64,000 nucleotides of DNA from a virus: the IMG/VR virus record IMGVR_UViG_3300025289_000025, positions 26,297 through 90,296 of that record; one strand, given 5' to 3'. Below the pieces are notes generated by a model. It made no database searches. It was not told the DNA's origin and saw only the letters and a program-made list of their open reading frames with translations. Position numbers and translations under genes: made by a program. This document shows, one piece after another, positions 28,301 through 37,704 of the stretch (its first letter is position 1; every line of letters starts with the position of its first letter).

Positions 28301-28867
28301 ATTTTCTTTATTGTCTATTTTAGATAAAAATCTATGTGAAGAGGTAACAACAAATTCTTTCAAACTTCTATTTTTATAAGGAGAATTGATCCTCCCCACT
28401 TTAATTTTGTAAACTTCTTCAGTAATTCTTTTAAGGTGCTTGGGAAGATCTTGAATTCTAGATATTACCTTTCTAAATCTTCCTTTATGGGTTAATACTA
28501 AATCCCCCACCTTAACTTTAGATACAGGTTTATACCCATCTATAGTAAATATAGGAACTTGATGATAAACAAAACACGCTACGGCATTAGTTTTTCTGAA
28601 ATCTCTATCTAGATCGTACCCCATAATCCTAAAGCATTTTCTAAGAAAATGGCCAGTTTCTCCTATAAATTGATTGTTCAGTTGATCTTCTCGCTCACCA
28701 CTAGCTTCCCCCAATATGAAGGTTTTAAGTTTTCCTTCACCAGTGGGGGGAATATTTGGGGATAGGGTACGATTTTTCAGCCCACATGCGTCACAACCTA
28801 CGGCCCCTCGGGGGGTTTTTGGTTGGGCTGCTTTAGCAGGAGTTGGTATATCAAAGAACCCTCGCAT
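25343..28867 (-). CDS. polA: Family A DNA polymerase with N-terminal family-4 uracil-DNA glycosylase-like domain (intein-interrupted) and 3'-5' exonuclease
   Basis: UDG motifs CDAC, GEASGERED, TNAVA|CRP, YHPS; exonuclease FDYETTGL, YNGLDA; polymerase RTGRSS..PNMQNIP, ADYGGHE, R.DAK..VF..FYG, QIHDS. Confidence 0.93.
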   Translation of the reverse strand: MRGFFDIPTPAKAAQPKTPRGAVGCDACGLKNRTLSPNIPPTGEGKLKTFILGEASGEREDQLNNQFIGETGHFLRKCFRIMGYDLDRDFRKTNAVACFVYHQVPIFTIDGYKPVSKVKVGDLVLTHKGRFRKVISRIQDLPKHLKRITEEVYKIKVGRINSPYKNRSLKEFVVTSSHRFLSKIDNKENWVYARQLNKGDRIIAIGEKCIICGGIFFKTNSYGENICSLICESKYLEDKYGEKLREKAHEKVRRSAKLGVWGKMTGGKVTKEAKLKGRIKWAKIKESENKLSSISPITIGFGEGSLANYLSDKKIQFISQFAIETLNYDFFLPKYNLLVEVDNPDRNGQKSVKNDQTKKNILAKNYNYELLRVSSKNPISPIERLIKNHNQEYQFTEVEIVSIEKIPIGKRMSLTCIEVEEDNSFIANRVIHHNCRPTNEKGSNRTPTTREIKACEPNWRAAIQQFQPKYILLFGAKAVEAFFMNRTQPISTNLSIGRWRKLCIPDVQTKAWVIPLYHPSFVIRNPDAENIFKLDLQWAMEQITSNLPEIEEIDYSQKIKCLTNTDEILDILKTIKEQKPTIAFDYETTGLRPYYPGHSIVSTAVAIYGEDIAYAWPYSYPGAWQSGQLEALNKAWRGVLSDPEILKVAQNIQMEHPWSKIIIGEEPKGWYWDTMVCSHIVDERAGFTGLDFQTFINWGYEYGGDISKFKKALPGTKFNTMQKCPLNELLKYNGLDAYFTMRLAERQWDFMDKGNKESLAASKAYDLFHKGVLAFSDMEMEGISVNVEYYQDTQIKLEKRLDFLEKQLLRSPEAKLFKSKTGREIKLTSSDDMKKLLFEFLGVKSIKKTEGGGDSVDKDVVESLDIPFAKDLVKKRKLDKLKTTYIDGILGLQVNKKLHPNSNLHLVRTGRSSMDSPNMQNIPKRDKESMTMVRNGIIPSPGNLLAEADYGGHEVGILACYSKDPVLMKERIDGADIHQEWADFLQLKGFDAKIMRFDAKNAMVFALFYGSYYKNIHADLISRGYHDLPIMRVQKAEREFWLKYRGIKKFQDGLIKSYQQNGYVEMMHGFRRRGFLTKNEIINSVIQGTAFHVLLESIIKINEISKEEKWKSKLIGQIHDSIIIDTNPNEIDHVIETTKKVMTKDVLANNPWIIVPLISDIKIGKINQSWDFLV
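27566..28576 (-). mobile_element. Contiguous intein (337 aa) with DUF559/Vsr-like endonuclease, inside the UDG domain
   Basis: Starts CFVYHQ..GYKPV..VKVGDLVLTHKG, block B TSSH, endonuclease YDFFLP...VEVD, ends VIHHN followed by +1 Cys. Confidence 0.92.
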
Positions 28868-29074
28868 TTATATTTTTTCCAACCCCACTTCCACATGTCC
28901 CACTACGAATCGGGGTTTGGTATCTCCTAGACTAGTCACATCTATCATGGCTATAGTTATATTCTCAACTCTTACTTCAGTTTGGTCTATAAATAATCCT
29001 ACCATTTGTGATATTATTCTTTGCATATTATTTTCCATCTTTTTTTTTCAATCCTAATTTGATTAATGTCCATA

Positions 29075-29729
29075 TTAATGCTCCCTCCAGCACATAGGAT
29101 CGAAGCCCTTTTTCTTGGCAATTTCATCAGCTATCCATTCGAATTGAGGAAACTTTTCAATAAAGAATCTTGTCATTTCCCCAGTACAAAAAGCACAATC
29201 CCCTCCGTCAGCCAACCAAAATAAATTTAATATGAATCTAGCAGTCTCTTCATCCATTAATCTTTCCCTTCCCAAGGATCTTGGGGGTGCGCCCCGTGGC
29301 ATTTTACCATTATGGTAGGTGGTTTCTCCCTTTTCCCTGCAGAATATTCTGGATCTTTGAAATCCAACACTGGAATTTTACCCGCATAATAACTTTTGCA
29401 GCGAGGACAAACTGATTTTGACTCATCAGAAGGAGTAAGAATAATACTTGTCTTAATCTTTTTGTCTTTCTTTTTCATTTTTATTTGCAACTTTTTGGTT
29501 GAGGACTACCATGAGCATAATCACTCTTATCATACACTTGAATCACCGATGTGGGGGCCTTAGCAGGTAAGATATTTCCCATTGACCATTTAAGTGGATA
29601 GGCTACTACAAATTCAAGTCCATCTATACACACTGTTTTTACTATTATTCCAGGAGAAAATTGAACTTCAGAAAGAATAATAATTCCTATAAAAATTGCC
29701 CCAACTAATTTACTAAAATAATTTCTCAT
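29075..29729 (-). other. Three small hypothetical ORFs (29075-29302, 29257-29490, 29481-29729)
   Basis: Tightly packed; the last has an N-terminal hydrophobic/signal segment. Confidence 0.45.
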
Positions 29730-29737
29730 ACAATCTC

Positions 29738-30802
29738 CTATTTTCCTACTGATGCAACCATAATATGACTAAATTTCTCCGAAGAGAACAACAATGATTT
29801 CTTAACTCCGCTCATACGGAATTGACGGGTGATTCCTAAAATTTTTTTGAAAAAGTCAGGTTGTACTTTAAGTTCAATTCCTTCTTCAAAATGACCTTTT
29901 TTCCAATCAACTCCGTCAACAATTTCCCCTGCTTCTTTCCCCGCCCGAATTTCTAAAACTCCCTTGGAATAGGAAAGAGAAACTTTTGATAAAGCATCCC
30001 ATCCATCTCCACTAGCACCAGCCAGGATTTTAGCCCTTTCCAACGGAGCCTCCAATCCCTTGGGAAACTCAAGAGGATCAGCAGTCATATCAAATTTCAT
30101 AACTTCGAACAGTCCCACAATCTTCTTGGAAGGGTAATCCCCTGCTAGTACCCTTGAACTATAGATAGCTCCCCTTTCGTTAGAGAAATGAGCCCATGCC
30201 TTTGATAAAGCAATAATTTCAAAGTTCTCTTCTAATTTCATAAGCCCTTCCACCGTTTTGGTTGGGAGGGTAAATGCGCTAGTGACTGCTTCCAACATGG
30301 TATAGATGGACACCCGGTAATTGTCTGTAGAAACTGCTTTATTTTCGAAGAAATGAACCCCTGCCAAAGGTCCCAAAGCTGGCCCCGTCCCTGCGCTGAA
30401 TGAACAAAGTTCCATTCCCACTTGGAAGTCTTTGGGGAGATAGAACCATTCCAATCCATCTGTTTGAACAGCCCAAGCCCTCTCTAGAGAACTGGTAATC
30501 TGTTCTTTTTGAAGAGGGTTCATTTTGAGAGTAGTCTTCCCCCCCTTAACTTGAAATTTACCGTCGTCATTCATCTTGATATCAATTTCTTCGGCTTCCA
30601 TTTTGGATAAAACCTTGTACAATTCTTCTGCTCTAACAGCTGTTCTGATTCCCGTTTCAAGGGGGAAGGAGCAACTGATATCCTCCTTGTACGACCGGAC
30701 CCAGTTTTCATCGAATAGAATAAAATCTGATCCGATGGCACTGGATTTGTCAATCCCCATCATTACAGATTTGATAGCATTTAACAGATCAACTTTTTTC
30801 AT
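29738..30802 (-). CDS. Sliding clamp, DNA polymerase III beta-like
   Basis: 354 aa; STDNYR, SRVLAGDYP and a three-domain beta-clamp pattern; near the clamp loader and polymerase. Confidence 0.8.
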   Translation of the reverse strand: MKKVDLLNAIKSVMMGIDKSSAIGSDFILFDENWVRSYKEDISCSFPLETGIRTAVRAEELYKVLSKMEAEEIDIKMNDDGKFQVKGGKTTLKMNPLQKEQITSSLERAWAVQTDGLEWFYLPKDFQVGMELCSFSAGTGPALGPLAGVHFFENKAVSTDNYRVSIYTMLEAVTSAFTLPTKTVEGLMKLEENFEIIALSKAWAHFSNERGAIYSSRVLAGDYPSKKIVGLFEVMKFDMTADPLEFPKGLEAPLERAKILAGASGDGWDALSKVSLSYSKGVLEIRAGKEAGEIVDGVDWKKGHFEEGIELKVQPDFFKKILGITRQFRMSGVKKSLLFSSEKFSHIMVASVGK

Positions 30803-31107
30803 TTTTCCCTCCCCATAAAAGTTTTATTCCAGGCATCTTTTAACTTTTTAACATTTAATATCATAGGAGTAGCAAATGGTGTTTTTGTTCCTTCTAAATA
30901 TATAGGTGGTTGAGTTACCCCTGAATAAACTCGGATCCAAATTTTTCCGAAAAATAAAATAGATAATCTTTCTTTCCAATCTGCTTTCCAACAAGATATA
31001 CAAATTTGTCCGTCATTCCAAATGGGAAGTGGGGAACATTCTTTATCTGTCATTTCTGCTGGTTTTTGTAAATCTTTTGTTTTCTCAGAAAAATCTATAG
31101 GTTTCAT
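30799..31107 (-). CDS. Conserved phage hypothetical protein
   Basis: CSPLP...ISCW....ERL..LF.G.IW.....QPP motif. Confidence 0.6.
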   Translation of the reverse strand: MKPIDFSEKTKDLQKPAEMTDKECSPLPIWNDGQICISCWKADWKERLSILFFGKIWIRVYSGVTQPPIYLEGTKTPFATPMILNVKKLKDAWNKTFMGREK

Positions 31108-31910
31108 ATTTCCTCCATTTTGATATAAGAAAAAATTTCCCTTTTTTCCAAAGGGCAAAGTTTGTCCTTAAATGCCTCAAGATTTTTGTTATCTAGAGAT
31201 CCCCCATCATTAACCAATTTATTTTGGTTCAATATGATAGGATCTGTATAGAAAATATATCTCAAATATTCGTTTAAAAATTTGATATTTCGGGAGAAAT
31301 TGAACCGGAAATAAATTTGGGAGTACCCCAAATCCCATATATTTACCCCCAAAATATAATTATTTTTATCTACCAAAATTTTTCTATTATTACCATGAAA
31401 AAGGTAATTTAGCATAACTTCATCATCATGTATTTCTTGATCTTCCCCCTTGGTACCAACCCATTCCAGAAATAACTTTTTCAAATCCTCCTCATGATCA
31501 GAGGTTGCTTCAATATATCGTAGGGGGGCATTCCCATATCGGCCAGGGAATTTGCGAATATTTTTCCTAAAGATAGACCAACGACCCCCTTCCATTTTCA
31601 AAAAGTTTTTGGGATCATAGATATACTCAAAGGATAAAAATTCCTTCTTATAATCTGAGGACATTTCCCAATTATGAAAACAAGCCCAAATTTTGTTCAT
31701 GGGAATAATCCAATCTGAAGGAGGGCTTTTAACTAACTCCCCCGTTAGTGAATTTATTGGCGGCCCTATGAACCACTCGTGTTGTTTCCAATATACATAA
31801 TCTCCACAAGTTTGCTCTTCAATTCCAGATCGTTCAAAATATTCTTGACTGCATGGAAAAGTTGGAGTAATTTTATATTTCTCAAGCAATTTTAAGTAAT
31901 TACTTTTCAC
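31104..31910 (-). CDS. DUF2156 / LPG-synthase C-terminal-like GNAT protein (aminoacyl-tRNA-dependent transferase fold)
   Basis: EYIYD...L.MEGG.W..FRKNIRKF and C-terminal NDGGSLD...L..FK..L.P. Confidence 0.65.
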   Translation of the reverse strand: MKSNYLKLLEKYKITPTFPCSQEYFERSGIEEQTCGDYVYWKQHEWFIGPPINSLTGELVKSPPSDWIIPMNKIWACFHNWEMSSDYKKEFLSFEYIYDPKNFLKMEGGRWSIFRKNIRKFPGRYGNAPLRYIEATSDHEEDLKKLFLEWVGTKGEDQEIHDDEVMLNYLFHGNNRKILVDKNNYILGVNIWDLGYSQIYFRFNFSRNIKFLNEYLRYIFYTDPIILNQNKLVNDGGSLDNKNLEAFKDKLCPLEKREIFSYIKMEEI

Positions 31911-32531
31911 CGACTTTTCCTTTCAACAGCCTCAACGATATTCTCCACCGCTTCTTTTTGCCTATCCGTTACATGACTATTTTCTTCTACAGTATTTGCA
32001 ATCCCCGACAGCGTTTCTTCGGCCCAATCGTAATCTGGGTCTGATAAATAATCATTTATTTCTTCTATGAAATTTTCCCAACTACATTCTTGACACATTT
32101 ATGGTTATCCTCCTCTGCTCGTATAATTCCTATATCAACCCCTTCTTCAAGGATGAATATTTTTACTTTTCCTTTCATTCCTATAGGCAAATTATCTTCT
32201 GCTAGTTTTCTAATTTTTTCAGAATTTTCTGGTTTAATTTTGTAAGGAATCTTGATAATCATTAGATCGTTTTCTCTAACTTCTAGCGTTTGAACACTTT
32301 TAACAAACTCAATTTCGTTCATATTTTTTCCTCTACAGTTTTAAACGAGGCGGACCATCCACATCCAGACCAATGTTTGCAGGGACCATTTACTTTGCAA
32401 TAGGGGCATGGGCCATCTAACTTTCCCCATAGTCGATTTATCTCTTTAAGTATTGACTTCAATTCCTCTGGTTCGCATATCCCACATAGGGCAAAGGGAG
32501 GTACTTCGTGGGTACAATTAGAAAGTCTCAT
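31907..32531 (-). other. Three small hypothetical ORFs (31907-32098, 32065-32322, 32319-32531)
   Basis: Overlapping start/stop codons. Confidence 0.5.
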
Positions 32532-32961
32532 TTTTTCCCACCGTCTTCAGCGCGGCGCGGCAGATGGCGAGAGGGGCGGACGGTTCATCCCATCCCTGCT
32601 TACCATCAACGACAGTACATGACTTTTTGTCGATCCCGGTTCCCCTCTCTTCGCCTATCGCGTCTCTCATAACACAAATCCACGACGCTCCGTCATACCA
32701 TTCATTACCAATAACGCTTACTTTCCATTGGTTTTGTCTGAAATGCTCCATGACCTGCCACGCAGCGGAAATGGAGGTGGAATACATCGGAGGCCCAGCT
32801 TTCTTTGGGAAACACTTGCCCATTTCATGCTCACACTTCATGTCATTCATCATCTCGCCTATATGAAAGCGACTCCATCCGTCGCATGGCACAGACCCCA
32901 TGATCTTCTCCGCCACCAGCGCGTCCATCTCGCGTCCTGTGAGCATATCGTCGGGATTCAT
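32518..32961 (-). CDS. Phage ABA-sandwich domain protein
   Basis: GREMDALVAEKIMG, P.YSTSISAAWQV, APLAICRAAL; GC-rich segment. Confidence 0.8.
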   Translation of the reverse strand: MNPDDMLTGREMDALVAEKIMGSVPCDGWSRFHIGEMMNDMKCEHEMGKCFPKKAGPPMYSTSISAAWQVMEHFRQNQWKVSVIGNEWYDGASWICVMRDAIGEERGTGIDKKSCTVVDGKQGWDEPSAPLAICRAALKTVGKNETF

Positions 32962-33072
32962 TTATTTCCCCCTCCCTCGGCTTCGCGTTTCTTTCTTTCC
33001 TCATCCCCAGGAAAATCCTTCGTCCAATCAAGTCCCCCCTTATCCAATAATCCCTTTGGAGAAACCCCCGAC

Positions 33073-33903
33073 TTAGATGATTTTCCTCCTTTTGAGGATT
33101 GGCTCAGCAACCGTTCGACTAACTTTTTGGATATACTCCCCGTTTTCCGACTTTTTCCGCCCATGCATAACCTCCCCTAAATCAGCTATTGTCCCGCAGT
33201 CGTCATAAATGCACCCCGCAATAACCCCTGATATATTATTATGCAATCCCTCAATTATAAAGTATTGCAGTTCTTCTGGAAAATAAATGTCTACCTTCTC
33301 ATTGAAATTAAATAGTGCCAAGAAATCACCAGTCCTCATTCCCATGGGGGAAAGAGAATCTGGAAGAACATCTTCTGGTTCTGTTAGGCCGAGGCCCTCC
33401 ATTTCCATTTTTCTTTCGAGTTGGATTAGAGATCCGACATAGATATCTCGTTGGAGTATTTTTAGTTCCCCCCCTTTAGTTACAAATTCAATATGCGATA
33501 AATTCTCGTCCAAGAGATCCAACGAAGATTTGCTAAAGGAAATTTTCCATTTCATTTTATCAGGACTATAAAATTTATAAAACAATTCTTCAACTTCTTG
33601 AAAAGTTTGATTGGGGATTCGGCATCTCTTGCTACGTATGAATTCCTCCCCTTTTTGAAGGAAAGTTATATTACTTCCGTCCGCAGTAAAATTTGGGGAA
33701 TCATAATCGCTCAAGAAAAATCTAATGGGGTCTTTGAATTCATTAACCGATGTTTCAAACCGAAGTAGTATAGTCTTATCGGAGTTCATAATATAAATGA
33801 TATTTTCCCAACAGAATACAGCGTTTTTTTGAGTACCCCCCTGTTCCAAAGCAACTCCGTAAGTGAATACCCTTTCAACCTCTAATTCATTTCGAAGTCC
33901 CAA
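33073..33903 (-). CDS. Hypothetical protein, possible second (PCNA/gp45-like) clamp-fold protein
   Basis: About 250-aa alternating beta/alpha pattern; IYIMNSDKTILLRFE resembles a clamp strand. Weak support. Confidence 0.35.
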   Translation of the reverse strand: MGLRNELEVERVFTYGVALEQGGTQKNAVFCWENIIYIMNSDKTILLRFETSVNEFKDPIRFFLSDYDSPNFTADGSNITFLQKGEEFIRSKRCRIPNQTFQEVEELFYKFYSPDKMKWKISFSKSSLDLLDENLSHIEFVTKGGELKILQRDIYVGSLIQLERKMEMEGLGLTEPEDVLPDSLSPMGMRTGDFLALFNFNEKVDIYFPEELQYFIIEGLHNNISGVIAGCIYDDCGTIADLGEVMHGRKKSENGEYIQKVSRTVAEPILKRRKII

Positions 33904-34201
33904 TTCAATTCCCCCTTGGAAATAGAGTCATAGGAACTGTAGATCCCTTGGATATCTCAAATGTTTTTCTATCTGCAATTTCCTTCCCCTTGGTAAATAC
34001 GGTTATCCATACAGTAAAGAATAGTATACAAACTTGAATGGCCAATTGCAATAATAATATAATTGTTAATACAAAAGATTTCCCCAATTTAACCCCCCGT
34101 TGGACTAAATCTTTTCCTTCTTTTTTAAGATTCATTTGTAACATCCTGTAGATTGAATAATCCTTGTGTGTCCGATTGGAAATGACCTCTCTATTTTTAG
34201 T

Positions 34202-34405
34202 TCATTTTTCAATTTTTTTCTCCCTCATTTTTCTATGATATTCTATTTTAGCTTCTGACATTTTTTGTCTAGTTTCTTTGCTCATAGGATGTTCTTGATA
34301 ATATTTTATTTTGAATTCCGATAATTTGGTCTTTCTTTCTTTGCTCCAAGGTTCGTGCATCATTCTATTTATTTTATTAACTATTACATATATCCCAGAA
34401 GCCAT
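34202..34405 (-). pseudogene. Internally deleted GIY-YIG endonuclease remnant
   Basis: MASGIYVIVNKIN is joined directly to NUMOD3-like repeats (SKETRQKMSEAK); the YIG and catalytic Arg/Glu region is missing. Confidence 0.6.
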
Positions 34406-34410
34406 TATTT

Positions 34411-35082
34411 TTATTCCTTTATTTCCAATAGATTAAAAAACCCCTCTGCTCCCGATTGAAAATGGCCTTTCATATATTTATTCCCTTGTAAAAACCACTC
34501 TAACCCCCTTCTTTTTACGGAGTTGGAGAAAGTATAAAAGCATTCATCTGATTTTTTATGTTTATTTAATAGTCCAATGAAACAAAATTTATTTATGCAA
34601 TGATTTGCAGTCGTCCTGTCAAACTTAAATTCAATTGCTGATTGATCTGGCCCAAATTCTCTTCTAATGAAATCTACAATATCTGGAACTTTTATTTTAG
34701 TTAATTTATTTTCAGAATATATTTTGATAAAATATCGCCACATATACCAACTGAGGCGATCATTAGGATTCACCCCATGATTTTCCACGTAGTCTAAATC
34801 AACTCTCCCCTCCCCATCCATAACTGTTTTTTTGTTGGCCTCTATACAACTTTTAGAATATGCAGTAGAGTCAGGATATTTGGGTTTCTTTGTTCTTTTC
34901 TTTTTTTCCGCAGTTACTTCAAAAGCTAAACGAGAAAATTTAATTGAAACTTCTACTAATCCCATATTGGATTTGGCATGGATGGTAAATTCCTTAACAT
35001 CATCAAGCATTTCGTTGGTTTCTGCATTAACCACTTTAACATCTTTGACCAATCCTGTAGGACTAACAATTTTCAGTTTCAT
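34411..35082 (-). CDS. Hypothetical protein with C-terminal winged-helix-like region
   Basis: 223-aa ORF. Confidence 0.55.
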   Translation of the reverse strand: MKLKIVSPTGLVKDVKVVNAETNEMLDDVKEFTIHAKSNMGLVEVSIKFSRLAFEVTAEKKKRTKKPKYPDSTAYSKSCIEANKKTVMDGEGRVDLDYVENHGVNPNDRLSWYMWRYFIKIYSENKLTKIKVPDIVDFIRREFGPDQSAIEFKFDRTTANHCINKFCFIGLLNKHKKSDECFYTFSNSVKRRGLEWFLQGNKYMKGHFQSGAEGFFNLLEIKE

Positions 35083-35246
35083 TTGGAACCTTTCTTTTTC
35101 TTGGTAGGAATAATTAGAGGAGGTTTATATTCATCTATTAAAGATTGCAAAACTTCTTGTGGGCAACCGCCATTATATTTACAATTGCAAGTAGATGCCC
35201 TTAAATAATCTTTAGCAGCCTTGATCAATTTTTTTGTATAATCCAT

Positions 35247-35627
35247 TTATTCGCCTTCCGTTAATTCGGCATCTATGGCTGTTTTTTCCACCCACTTATA
35301 TTTACAAGAACAACTACGATGGAGATGCCCTTTTTCTCCGTAGGGGCATTTTAAATTTTCATTTGGTATATAATACGGATATTTTGTTTCTAAATCCCAA
35401 CGTATTCCTAAGCAAAAATAGGTATATATAGGGCTAGAATGACATATAGGGCATTTAGAGTTTTCACAAAAAGGTTGAATAGTTTGCGAAGGAAGGGGGT
35501 TAGGCCATTCTATGGGATTAGTTAGAATACTCCCACATCTTTTACAATGGGTTCCCCCTATTAATATCCCCCTTTTAGGATTGGTAGCAACAGGCTTATG
35601 AATTCCCCAAAAACAACGTAAATTCAT
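35247..35627 (-). CDS. Cys-rich hypothetical protein
   Basis: CFWGIH, CKRCG, CPIC. Confidence 0.55.
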   Translation of the reverse strand: MNLRCFWGIHKPVATNPKRGILIGGTHCKRCGSILTNPIEWPNPLPSQTIQPFCENSKCPICHSSPIYTYFCLGIRWDLETKYPYYIPNENLKCPYGEKGHLHRSCSCKYKWVEKTAIDAELTEGE

Positions 35628-36007
35628 ATCCTCGCCTCTGTAAATACTTTATTCCATAATATCGTTATAGGTATTTTCAATTTCCGTACTCCATATTGTT
35701 CTGGAAATCGGATAGCAAATTCCAACTCCCCCGATTCTTTGACTAATACAAATAAAATCATATCGGCCTCTGTTCCCTTATCAAAGTGGAATCTCCCTCT
35801 TCTTCTCTTCCATTTTCCCTTAACACTTTCTGAATGTATCCATTCTTGGCACGATTTTATTTCTATCTTTGCATCTCCCACCGTAACGTCGTATCCAGCT
35901 TTATAATCTGGTTTAATCGGAGGATCTTTGAAAAAGTCCCCCAAATATTTGAGTACTCTTTCGTCAGATTCGCTCCAGTGTCTTGAAAAGAATCCTTTAT
36001 TTTTCAC
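35624..36007 (-). CDS. PD-(D/E)XK-like nuclease
   Basis: YDVTV...IEIKSC motif. Confidence 0.5.
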   Translation of the reverse strand: MKNKGFFSRHWSESDERVLKYLGDFFKDPPIKPDYKAGYDVTVGDAKIEIKSCQEWIHSESVKGKWKRRRGRFHFDKGTEADMILFVLVKESGELEFAIRFPEQYGVRKLKIPITILWNKVFTEARI

Positions 36008-37704
36008 CGGACCAAATTTTCTAACATTTCTAAGCGGAAGTCAGAACTTTCAATATATCTCCAAACTATATTTCCTTCTCGATCTCTTCCATAAGGTTCA
36101 ATTCCCTGGGCCCAATCCACCTGATATGCTTGATGTCCCCCAAGATTCCACGAATTCTTTACTTCTTGCATTAAGGTTTCTGATAACCACCCCCCACGTT
36201 CCTCTACGAAAGCGTTATATTTCCCCCACGTTACTGGGTGGGGTCCGTTATCCCGAACAAACCTAGCAGCAATCATGTTGTTCCCGTAGGAGAACCCTCC
36301 ACCCAGGGGTAAGTAAACATCTGATACGGAGCAGCAGATTTCATCATTATTGATCGGGGAATTCCCGAAATCGAAGGTGGAAGTTGAAAATCCCTCGGAT
36401 TTCATCATTTTCATAAATTCTCCTAAAATCAAAGAACCCAACCACTGACTATCTGACATTAGCAAAAACATTCTACGAAAATCTATTCCTTCCATTTCCA
36501 TTTGGCGTTCAACTCCAGGGGCAGAAGCGGAGTAGCTATATGTATCAAAAGTGATATGTTTAATCCCTGCTTCCCTGACTCCCTGTATCCATTTTTGAAC
36601 ATAATAAGGATCATCGTTCACAAAGACCATGAATGGCTCGATCCTTGCGACAACCCTAACCCCTGCATCCGTAAGGGCTTTTACAGCAAGCATGCGTTTC
36701 TCAAAAGACGGGGCGCCAGGTTCCAACTTTTTATTTAGAATACCATCTGAAGATATCGCCGTCATATGAACAGCAGCACCACCTTTATTATCTGCTAGTG
36801 CCCTAACGTAATCTTCTCTTCCGATTAACGCAGACTTAGTGTTCACCATTATGGGATATGCAATATCAGATAAATATTGCATAAAATTCAAACTGATTCC
36901 TTTTTGAGCTTCGATAGGAAGAAAATCTTCAAATCGAATTCCTAGACGGATGGGAATTTGTAGACTGATTGCTTTATTTAATTCTGGGCCATCTATTTTC
37001 TTTCCCCTATATGGCATTAATTTATCCATCTCTGCTCGAAAGTATTCTGGACGGCAGTGGCGTATTCCAATTTCCTTGGGGTTATCAAAGAATGAAGTAT
37101 AAAGAGAACTGCGAAAAGAGTCCGCAAAACAATTATGTACAAGAATTCCCTCTGCAAAATAATTATTATTAGGTTGACACTCAAAATTATAGACTATTTT
37201 TTTACCACTAGTTTTTGCTCTAGATATAGATTCAATTCTACTCCATTCCCATTTAGAAACACTATTAGATTTAGAATAATATGGGGATATCATCATATCA
37301 TGCATATTTAATTTATTTGCTTCTATCCAACCCCTAGTAGTAAATATTGTATGCTCTGGGGTTAACTTTAGAATATTATTTTTAGTTTTGATAACTATTA
37401 AGTCTTCGGTAGCTCTGCTCATTATTTTTTGAACGATTGATTTTTCTTCTATCAATAAACTATTATAAGTATTTAGAGAAACAACCTCATCTCCCTCTTT
37501 AATTTTTTCTATATTCTTTTTTATACCATTCCACATTTGTATTTTGGTTTTAGGAGGTAAACAATATTTGCATGCGTAGCTGCAATTATGAACTAATTGG
37601 GAAGATGCAAAGAAATTGCTATTTCTATCTACAGTTAAATCAAATACAGCAGTAGGTTTACTAATTTTCCGTAGACTTTTTATTTTCTTAAATCTAGTTT
37701 GCAT
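36004..37704 (-). CDS. Radical SAM paralog B, C-terminal precursor: split-intein C half (40 aa) + CSYACKY + mini-intein (144 aa) + radical SAM body
   Basis: VFDLTV..NSNFFA...VHN|CSYACKY|CLPP...VHN|CFADSF; the body has NTKS, LEPGAPS..KR and ARIEPF, as in SPL-like radical SAM enzymes. Confidence 0.9.
   Translation of the reverse strand: MQTRFKKIKSLRKISKPTAVFDLTVDRNSNFFASSQLVHNCSYACKYCLPPKTKIQMWNGIKKNIEKIKEGDEVVSLNTYNSLLIEEKSIVQKIMSRATEDLIVIKTKNNILKLTPEHTIFTTRGWIEANKLNMHDMMISPYYSKSNSVSKWEWSRIESISRAKTSGKKIVYNFECQPNNNYFAEGILVHNCFADSFRSSLYTSFFDNPKEIGIRHCRPEYFRAEMDKLMPYRGKKIDGPELNKAISLQIPIRLGIRFEDFLPIEAQKGISLNFMQYLSDIAYPIMVNTKSALIGREDYVRALADNKGGAAVHMTAISSDGILNKKLEPGAPSFEKRMLAVKALTDAGVRVVARIEPFMVFVNDDPYYVQKWIQGVREAGIKHITFDTYSYSASAPGVERQMEMEGIDFRRMFLLMSDSQWLGSLILGEFMKMMKSEGFSTSTFDFGNSPINNDEICCSVSDVYLPLGGGFSYGNNMIAARFVRDNGPHPVTWGKYNAFVEERGGWLSETLMQEVKNSWNLGGHQAYQVDWAQGIEPYGRDREGNIVWRYIESSDFRLEMLENLVR
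37132..37563 (-). mobile_element. Mini-intein (144 aa) at the third Cys of CxxxCxxC
   Basis: Starts CLPPKT, block B LTPEH, block F VYNFE..NNNYFAEG, ends HN followed by +1 Cys. Confidence 0.92.
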
